This document shows positions 38,201-45,200 of a DNA stretch of 64,000 nucleotides, piece by piece; positions within the stretch are counted from its first letter, which is position 1, and each line of letters opens with the position of its first letter. The notes under the pieces are model-generated. The model was not told the origin of the DNA and ran no database searches. It saw only the letters and a list, made by a program, of their open reading frames with translations. The translations under genes and the position numbers were made by a program. The DNA is taken from assembly GCA_016218805.1 (NCBI GenBank), contig JACRCW010000008.1, positions 1-64,000 on the forward strand, given 5' to 3'. Source of the DNA: Deltaproteobacteria bacterium. Its GTDB lineage: Bacteria > Myxococcota > JACRCW01.

Positions 38201-41200
38201 TCTTACCAGTTGCGGACGCAGCTGCAGTACGACCGGGTGGGGGACATGATTGTTGAGGGGACCGGGTGGTACCGCCCGGACCTGCAGGCCCAGCCCACCA
38301 CCGCGCTTTTTGCGTATGACCCGTTCCTGCGCCTGGTGTCCGTGGCCCGCGAAGGTGACACGCTGCAGTCCCCGACGGAGACCTACGAATACGACCTGCG
38401 CGACCCGGTCAGCCGCATCATCAAGCGCGAGCGCTCGCTGTCCGGCGGTCCGCTCAACGCAGAGACCATCACGTGCCTGGACGGGATGGGCCGCAAGTTC
38501 CAGACCCGCCGGCGCGTGGACACCCAGAGCTACCAGGTGGATGGGTTTGAGACGTTCAATGCCCGCGGCGTTTCCTGGCGCACCTATGAGCCCTACCTGG
38601 GCGCGACTTCTTCGTGTGACCACGTGCCGCCCGCGGACGGGCGGCGCCTGGAGAAGCGGTGGGACGCGGCGGGGCGGGAGCTGGGGACCACGCGGCCGGA
38701 CGGGTCAGACTTTGGCGGCGTGGCCTCCGTGGCCACGTTGCGCCACCTGCCGCTGGCCACCTTCACCTATGACGAGGAAGACAGCGACCCCGCGAGCCCG
38801 CACCACGACACGCCTGCCGAGACGCGCGTGGACGGCCTGGGGCGCGCCACCTACTCGCGGCGCGTGCTGGCACCGGCGGACCCCGGTGAGGATGCGGTGC
38901 TGCAGTATGACGCGCTGGGGCGCTTCCGCGGATTCACGCATTCCTCCGGCACTGCGCACACCGAACAGCGCGACCTGCTGGGACACGTGGTGGACGTGGT
39001 GGACTCCGACCACGGTCACAGCACGTTCATCCACGACGACGAAGGGCGCATCCTGGAGGAGCACGACGCCACCGGGCGCGTGCGCCACAACACCTGGGAC
39101 GAGGCGGGGCGCCGCGTGGAGGAGTGGGATGCGGACGCGCCGGACCAGACACGGGTCACCTACTACTTTGACGGGACGGGCGACCCCGCGGGGTTCTGCA
39201 CGGCCGACGACATGACCAACGGCGCCGGGCACATCACCGCGGTGTCCTTCCCGCTGGGCACGGACTGCTACGGTTACGACGACCGCGGCCAGCAGGTGCG
39301 GGTCACCCGCAAGGTGGATGGTCACGTCTTCCGGTTCCAGACCGAGTACGACAACCTGGGCCGGGTCCGTCGCCAGACGCTTCCGGGCGGCCAGGTGGTG
39401 CAGCACCGCGCGGATCTCGCCGGGCGGCTCATTGGCATTGATGGGTTTGTGCGGCGGGTGCAGTACACGCCGCAGGGGCTGCAGGGAACGGTGGAGTTTG
39501 GCAACGGCACGGTGCTGCGCCAGCAGCATGACGCGCGCCTGATGTTGCGGGAGAGCAGGCTGGCCGGGCCCCAGGGTGAGTTGCTGCAGTCCTTCACCGT
39601 CAAGCGGGACCGGGCGGGCAACGTGGTGCGGCTGGACGCGCTGGAAGGTGCGGACCCGGTGGCAACCACGTTCAACTATGACGCGTACTACCGCGTCCTG
39701 GGGCGGACGCGGACGGCGGCCACGTCCACCCAGACCGTCCAGTACGCCTACGGACCTGCGGACCGGCTGCTGGCGCTCCCGGCGGGCCCCGCCGGGACTC
39801 CGTCCGGAGCTGTGGCGCATGATGATACGGCCCATCCCAACGCGCCCACGCGCGTGGGTGACCTGACGCTGGAGTACGACGCGGCGGGGCGCATGGTGCG
39901 GCGCGGCCCCCGGCAGCTGGACTGGTTTGTGGAAGGCCGCCTGCGCGAGGTGCGCGAGGGCAGCCGCGTGCTGGGTTCCTACGCGTACGGCCCCGAAGGC
40001 GCGCTGGTGAAGAAGACCGGCGCCGGGCACGTGACGTACTACGCCACGGCGGACTTTGAGATTCGCGACGGCGTGGGCGTGTTCTACGTGCGGGCGGGTG
40101 GACAACGCGTGGCGCGCGTGGAGGTGCCCGCGCTGGCCGCTGACCTGCTGCCGGACGTGGCGCCGGCGTCCGTCACCGCGGGTCAGACCGTGCCCGCCCC
40201 GGATGCGTCCATCACTGCGTCGGACGCGTGGGTGGCGCACGCGGTGGCCAGCGGCGTGCTCCCGGCGGCGGACCGCACCCTGACGGACGAGGACGCGGAC
40301 GCCATCCTGGCCGCGTCCGCGCGGCGGCTGGTGCTGGGCACCGGCAGCACCACCACGTTCAACCACACCGACCCGCTGGGCGCGGTCACCCTCACCACCG
40401 ACGACAGCGGCCGCGTGATCCAGCGGCACCGCTACTCAGCGTACGGCGTGCAGGAGCTGGCCAGCCGCGGGTGGGCGGAGCCCCACGGCTTTGCCGGCGG
40501 CGAACTGGACGATGCGACCGGATTCATCCAGTTCAAGGCGCGCGCGTATGACCCCGCGCTGGGCGACTGGATTTCTCCGGACCGCGCCTTCCTGGTGTTT
40601 GAACCCGAGAAGACGCAGACGGATGCGTTCAACAAGTTTGCCTACGCGCACCGCAACCCGGTCAACAAGTACGACCCGATGGGCGAGGAGCCCATCACGT
40701 TGACGGTGATTGCCACGGCCATTGCCGTGTCCGCGGGCATCAACGCCGTCACGCAGGTGGCCGGCGCCACGGTGAAGTACTTTGCCAACAGCAACTCCGG
40801 CAGCCGCAGCGTGGGGGCGTGGGCCAAGACGGTGGCCAAGGAGTGGAGCTGGGGAGACTTTGCGGCCAGCGCCGCCATTGGCGGCATCACGCTGGGGGCC
40901 GGCGCCGCGGCCAAGAACACCGCCACCGTGGGCAAGATGGTCATTGCCGCCAGCAAGGAAGCGCTCAAGGAGGCGGCGGTGGACGCCGCCGTGGAGAAGG
41001 CGGTGCCGTGGGCGGCGGAGAAGGCCACCAAGGCGCTGACCGGTGATGCCAAGTTTGCCAAGGAGGTGGCGGACATTGCCGGCACGGGCGCCAAGGTGAT
41101 CAAGATGGGCAAGGACGTGAAGGACGTTGCCGGGGCGCGTAAGCAGTACAAAAACTACGGCAAGGTGGCCAACATCAAGAAGATGACGGAGCGCGCGCGC

Positions 41201-41332
41201 AACACGCAGGTGCAGATTGTGGGTGAGGCGCTGAAGACGGTTGCGGACGGCGCCATGGATGCGCCGGACCTGGCCAAGGATGTGGTTCGCCTGGCCAAGG
41301 GTGGCGCCGGCCAGGGGGAGGACAAGAAATGA
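35210..41332 (+). CDS. TcB-TcC-like fusion (SpvB-like, FG-GAP repeats, YD/RHS, RHS core, variable C-terminus), copy R
   Basis: Signal peptide ending SSSAA; KLPAGPGSLEGVGE; PSLRLAYSSGSG.S.AGIGWSL; DxNGD repeats; WDGEEKQFRGF; HTDPLG; ARAYDP..G.W.SPD; NPVNKYDPMG. Confidence 0.92.
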   Translation: MSFRLGGRRCGGHAVAGLAFVLCAASSSAADKSGLGPGKLKLPAGPGSLEGVGENAEPNLSMGLMSYGVPVRVPEGYPGMTPSLRLAYSSGSGSSVAGIGWSLGTPTIERMTSKGLPRYARTDAFAVDGSEELVRVAADGTYRARHEGGFVRYMWVDAAADGREGYWKAEYPDGRVAYFGADAAGVLQDHARVTGPEGTFRYHLVEWVDPHGHHTRFEYVKDGSVSLLRNVLWVAQQDGAWRYRATLSYEARDDHLADGKPGFETRLTRRLADIRIYSRDVLIRRYHLAYEPDATAGGFTRLASVTQFAADDATAYPVNFSFSYTPAFAACDTATCQPRVSTLQGSVGPGLVSGTADLVDMNGDALPDVLETEGGSHRVAVNQYAGGEHHWDPAGSTIGTSASLGADGIQLVDMDGDGLVDLVDAEGDRILYGKGDGSWREVTGVATQLPDMGGASNFRFFDFDNDKRMDVLYADGAATYALLNDGSGHWDTTATQGDDAGGLYVTTLEAGFQTGLQLADLNGDGMQDAIISTAGGAVTYRLYLGRGRWTREAIEMPGLTAAWSSGARFVDVNGDSLSDALLVLPGEVHVALNRNGRAFAPPVVISNPVGGSIPVDPSLVLRLADLNASGSTDVAWVDASGTVTFLDLVPERAHLLRTIRNGIGKNIAIRYGSTVGHLARDLAAGAPWVTRLPNPVLTVDGMDTWDSLSGVHQVQSFRYHDGYWDGEEKQFRGFARVDAETPGDASVEDALVSHVFDVGRTDRYHKALSLEVTTRSASRVLDVVRNIYGDCPVLGVPAGIEPPVRSVCLLAVEKELQEGTAQGGWVTTREEYQYDGFGNRILTSKLGVVRTGAGACPVCNRPDGVTGAPCGELCLGDESFESTDYVPVNHTDGRWMLDRPVVRRSWALSTADAPRTEETTYYDGEPFVGLQAGFLTRGDATRITGLRLAGQAPVEVERRRFDAHGNVVEDLDATEHRRRYEYDAEGLLPVAEEIVFASYQLRTQLQYDRVGDMIVEGTGWYRPDLQAQPTTALFAYDPFLRLVSVAREGDTLQSPTETYEYDLRDPVSRIIKRERSLSGGPLNAETITCLDGMGRKFQTRRRVDTQSYQVDGFETFNARGVSWRTYEPYLGATSSCDHVPPADGRRLEKRWDAAGRELGTTRPDGSDFGGVASVATLRHLPLATFTYDEEDSDPASPHHDTPAETRVDGLGRATYSRRVLAPADPGEDAVLQYDALGRFRGFTHSSGTAHTEQRDLLGHVVDVVDSDHGHSTFIHDDEGRILEEHDATGRVRHNTWDEAGRRVEEWDADAPDQTRVTYYFDGTGDPAGFCTADDMTNGAGHITAVSFPLGTDCYGYDDRGQQVRVTRKVDGHVFRFQTEYDNLGRVRRQTLPGGQVVQHRADLAGRLIGIDGFVRRVQYTPQGLQGTVEFGNGTVLRQQHDARLMLRESRLAGPQGELLQSFTVKRDRAGNVVRLDALEGADPVATTFNYDAYYRVLGRTRTAATSTQTVQYAYGPADRLLALPAGPAGTPSGAVAHDDTAHPNAPTRVGDLTLEYDAAGRMVRRGPRQLDWFVEGRLREVREGSRVLGSYAYGPEGALVKKTGAGHVTYYATADFEIRDGVGVFYVRAGGQRVARVEVPALAADLLPDVAPASVTAGQTVPAPDASITASDAWVAHAVASGVLPAADRTLTDEDADAILAASARRLVLGTGSTTTFNHTDPLGAVTLTTDDSGRVIQRHRYSAYGVQELASRGWAEPHGFAGGELDDATGFIQFKARAYDPALGDWISPDRAFLVFEPEKTQTDAFNKFAYAHRNPVNKYDPMGEEPITLTVIATAIAVSAGINAVTQVAGATVKYFANSNSGSRSVGAWAKTVAKEWSWGDFAASAAIGGITLGAGAAAKNTATVGKMVIAASKEALKEAAVDAAVEKAVPWAAEKATKALTGDAKFAKEVADIAGTGAKVIKMGKDVKDVAGARKQYKNYGKVANIKKMTERARNTQVQIVGEALKTVADGAMDAPDLAKDVVRLAKGGAGQGEDKK

Positions 41333-42246
41333 CACGCCTCTCCGTGGCCCGTGTTGTTGTCACCGCCGCACTGTTGGCCGCCGGCCTGGCGTGCAACCGC
41401 GTGCCGGCGCCGCGCAAGTGTCTCCCCGGCAACGAAGGCTGCGCGTGTGACGTGGACAGCCGCTGCTACCCCGCGGGCGGGCAGGCGCTCACGTGCGACC
41501 GCGGCTACTGCGTGCCGCAGGCGTGTGCGCGCGGCACCGAGGGTTGCGCCTGTTACGCCAACGGCAGCTGCGACGCGCTGCAGGGCATCCCGATGACGTG
41601 CGCCGCCAACCTGTGCGTGCGTTCCCCGGCCACCACGCCGGGTGAGCTGGGCGGCTCATGCAGCGCCACCGCGCCGTGCCGCTCCGGCGGTGTGGAGGCG
41701 CTGGCGTGCGTGTCCGGGCGCTGTGAAGTGGCCGGCTGCCCCAGCGGGACGGTGGGCTGCCCGTGCGGCGCGTACGGCGCGTGCGAGGCGTTTGCGGGCG
41801 AAGACGTGCGCTGCAACGACGGGATGTGCGTGCTGGGCAGCTGCCTCAACGGCGGGGACGGGCGGATGGGCTGCAATTGCCGCACGGATGCCACCTGTGA
41901 CGGAGACCTGCGCTGCGTGCGGGACGTGTGCCGCGGCCGGGGCGTGCGGCAGCTGCTGGTGGGCAATCCGGAGGTGCGCTCGTGTGACGTGCTGGTGCGC
42001 GAGAGCGGGCCGCGGGTGGGGCGGGTGGTATTTGCCGGGCAGGCGCGCGGGAGTCATTTTGCGCGGTCACCCGAGGTGGGCGTGAGTTTCATGGCCACGT
42101 TGGACCAGCCCTTCAGCGGACCGGTGGTCACGCTGGAAGGTGAGACCGACAGCGCCGTGGCGGATTTCAACGTGAGGTTGGGGACCACGCGATGCGGAGA
42201 CCGGCTGGGGCAACCCGTGGCCGATCCCCGCCTCAGCGTCCAGTAG
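41329..42246 (+). CDS. Cys-rich lipoprotein with C-terminal beta-sandwich domain, copy R
   Basis: ATGA overlap with the upstream stop; lipobox GLAC; 5 Cys repeats; paralog of 33802-34779. Confidence 0.8.
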   Translation: MTRLSVARVVVTAALLAAGLACNRVPAPRKCLPGNEGCACDVDSRCYPAGGQALTCDRGYCVPQACARGTEGCACYANGSCDALQGIPMTCAANLCVRSPATTPGELGGSCSATAPCRSGGVEALACVSGRCEVAGCPSGTVGCPCGAYGACEAFAGEDVRCNDGMCVLGSCLNGGDGRMGCNCRTDATCDGDLRCVRDVCRGRGVRQLLVGNPEVRSCDVLVRESGPRVGRVVFAGQARGSHFARSPEVGVSFMATLDQPFSGPVVTLEGETDSAVADFNVRLGTTRCGDRLGQPVADPRLSVQ

Positions 42247-42266
42247 TCGAAAGCGGAGGCAGGCAG

Positions 42267-45200
42267 ATGAGAGACAACCGCGTTTCCTTGCTCCTGGCCA
42301 CGATGGCCGTGTCGGCGATCCTTGCCGGATGCCCGACCCCCGAGGGCGGGCCGTTCTGTACGCGGGGCACCAAGGACTGCGCCTGCGCGGCCGGAGACGT
42401 CCCCTGCCAGGGTGACCTGTTCTGCGCCGCGGGCCTGTGCCGCGAGCCGCTGTGCGAGCCGGGGTCACTGGACTGCGCGTGCCACGGCAACTCCACGTGC
42501 AACCAGGACTCCGACGGGACCTGGCTGGTGTGCGACAGCGGGCTGTGCCGCCGCGCGTCCTGCCCGCAGGGTGCCCTGGGTTGCGGCTGCTTTGCGGGGG
42601 CCACGTGCAATGAGGGCCTGTTCTGCTCCTCCGAGGGCGGGCCGGCCCGGTGCGTGAGCGCGGCGTGCGCCGTGGGTGACCAGGGCTGCGGCTGCAAGCC
42701 GGACCGCACCTGCAACGGTGACCTGCTGTGCAACGGGCAGGTGTGTGAACAGGCCACGTGCACAGCGGGGACGGACGCGTGTGCGTGCCGCCCGGATTAT
42801 TCGTGTGACACCGGGTTGTCCTGCCAGGCGGGGCTTTGCGCGCCCACCACGTGCACCACCGGGACGCAGGGCTGCGGCTGTCTGGCGGACAACACGTGCA
42901 CGGGGACCGGCCTGGTGTGCAGCGCCGGCGGTATCTGCCAGCCCGCGGGTTGCACGGCCGGTGATGAGAACTGCGAGTGCCTGGCCGGCGGGAGCTGCTC
43001 CACCACGCCCGACGGAGCGCAGTTGGAATGCGTGTCCGGCACCTGCCAGCGTCCCGCGTGCACCCAGGGAACGGATGGTTGCGGCTGCCGCACCGGCGGC
43101 GCGTGTGACGCCAACCTGGCGTGCGTGCTGGGCGTGTGCCGCTCCGCCTCACTGCCCATTGAGGACCTGGTCCCGCCCGCCACACCCAAGTGCTACACGC
43201 CGTGCCGCTCCGGCATGACGGACGGGACCGGCACCTACCGCGTCTGCACGTCTGAAGGGCTCATGGAAGGTTGCCTGGAGGGTCAGCAGTGCACGGGCGG
43301 GTCGTGCGTGCCTGCGGGCGGTTCACCGCGCACCTGCCAGACGGACCTGCAGTGCCCGGACTTCCAGACCTGCATTGCGGGCAATTGCTACTCCAACTGC
43401 AACTACGACTCCGACTGCAGCGGCGACCACAAGTGCTACCGCCGCGTGTGCCGCACGCCGTGTGATTCGGGCACCGCGGACCGGCTGGACACCTGCGGGG
43501 CGGACCGGCACTGCTCCATGGTGGACGGCGTGCACGGCTATTGCGTGAGCACGCCCGCGCCCACCGGGGACGCCGCGCGCACGGCGGAGGGCACGCTGGT
43601 GGCCAAGCCCGCCGCGCTGGCGTTCTCCAACACCTCCACCACCGCAACCTTCACGGTGATGAATCCGTCATCACGGCTGGTGACCGTCACGCTGCGCAAG
43701 GTGGAGCACGGCGAATACACGGCCAACGGGCGCTCCGTGATCACCACCAACCCGCTGCACTGGGTGACCATGGGCGCGGGCACGCCCACGCAGGTGCAGA
43801 GCCTGAATGTGAACGTGGAACCGGGCGGGTCGGTGGACATCACCGTGGCCGGCACCGCCAACCCCGCGCTGTCCCGCTGGGACGGCGTGCTGGAGGTGAC
43901 CGCGGACCACCTGGGTCCGTCCCGCATCAACCTGGATTACGCCAGCCGTCCGGACGGGCGGTGGAGCGGCAAGGCGTACTTCTTTGCGGCGTTTGCGGAC
44001 GGCGCGCGGGACAACGGCACGCTGGCGGTGGATGAGTGGATGCGGGAGCGCAACAACACCGCCCGCCTGGACGCCGTGGGCAACGCGTTCCTGCAGCGCT
44101 GGGACGCCTTCAAGCGCGGCGTGCTCAGCTATGACGAATTCCAGGCGGTGCTGACCGCCACCCAGACGGCCTCCTGGAAGTTCTCCAACGTGATGCAGCA
44201 GTGCCGCACGCAGCCCAACTCGCGGCGGGCCTGCTACCTGTACCGGTCCGGGGCCGGCGTCATTGAGTATTCGTCCGACGTGAATGACTACGCCATCCCC
44301 ACGGGCGTGAGCGAGCTGCCCGTGTCCATGAACCTGCGGTCCCCCGACCCGGTCAACCAGCCCACGCTGATGAACGGCCGCATTGTCACCGACGAGTCCA
44401 TGCAATACGCGGGTGACCCCGCCGTGTCGCTGGCGTTTGTCAACGCGCCCACCCAGTGCACCACCACTGCGGGCGGGACGTGCCTGGTGCCCATCCAGTC
44501 GTTCGCGGCCACCATTGCGGTTGGCGGGCGGTACCTGACCACGGATATTGACTCAGACTGCTCACAGGCGGCGCCGGGGACGTTTGAGCTGACGCGCACG
44601 CCGTGGCTGGTGCCGGGCTTCCTGGAGGGCACCACGCTGGAGGAGTCCACCGGGCTGCGCTACCGCTGGGAGTGCCGGGACAAGCTGCTGCCGTACGGGA
44701 CGGACCAGGGGCCGCTCAACCGCAGCTTTGCGCAGTCCAACCCGGTGCCGGACGGCCGCAGCCGCATGCGCACGCTGGAGCTGCTGGACGGCGCGCTCAT
44801 CCAGGGTGATTCGCTGTTTGTCATCTTCCGCGAGAAGTTTGACAGCTTCCTGGGCGGCAGCGACGGGACCATCAACGCGTACGGCTACATGGTGCTGTCC
44901 CGCGCGGCCGCGGACCTGCCGGTGGACGCGTATGCGGGCTCCACGCCCACGGACACGCGCACCGTGCCGGACGTGCTCAACGTCTCCTGCAGTGACGAAC
45001 TGTTGCACGGCGACACGCGCCCCGGCCGCGTCCACCCGGGCATCCTGCTGCCGGCGGAGGCGCTGTCTCCGGCCAACGCCCTGACGGTGGCCACGGCGAT
45101 CATCCTGGGGCAGACGCCGGCGGGCGCCTCCGCGCAGCTCATTGACGCGGGGAGCACGGAGAAGGTGCATTACTATTGCGAGGACACCGGGCTGTTTGAC

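Noticed and set aside
27419..41332. T6SS-type Rhs effectors
   Set aside because: No PAAR, VgrG or EagR; the N-termini are signal peptide plus SpvB/FG-GAP, which is TcB-like.
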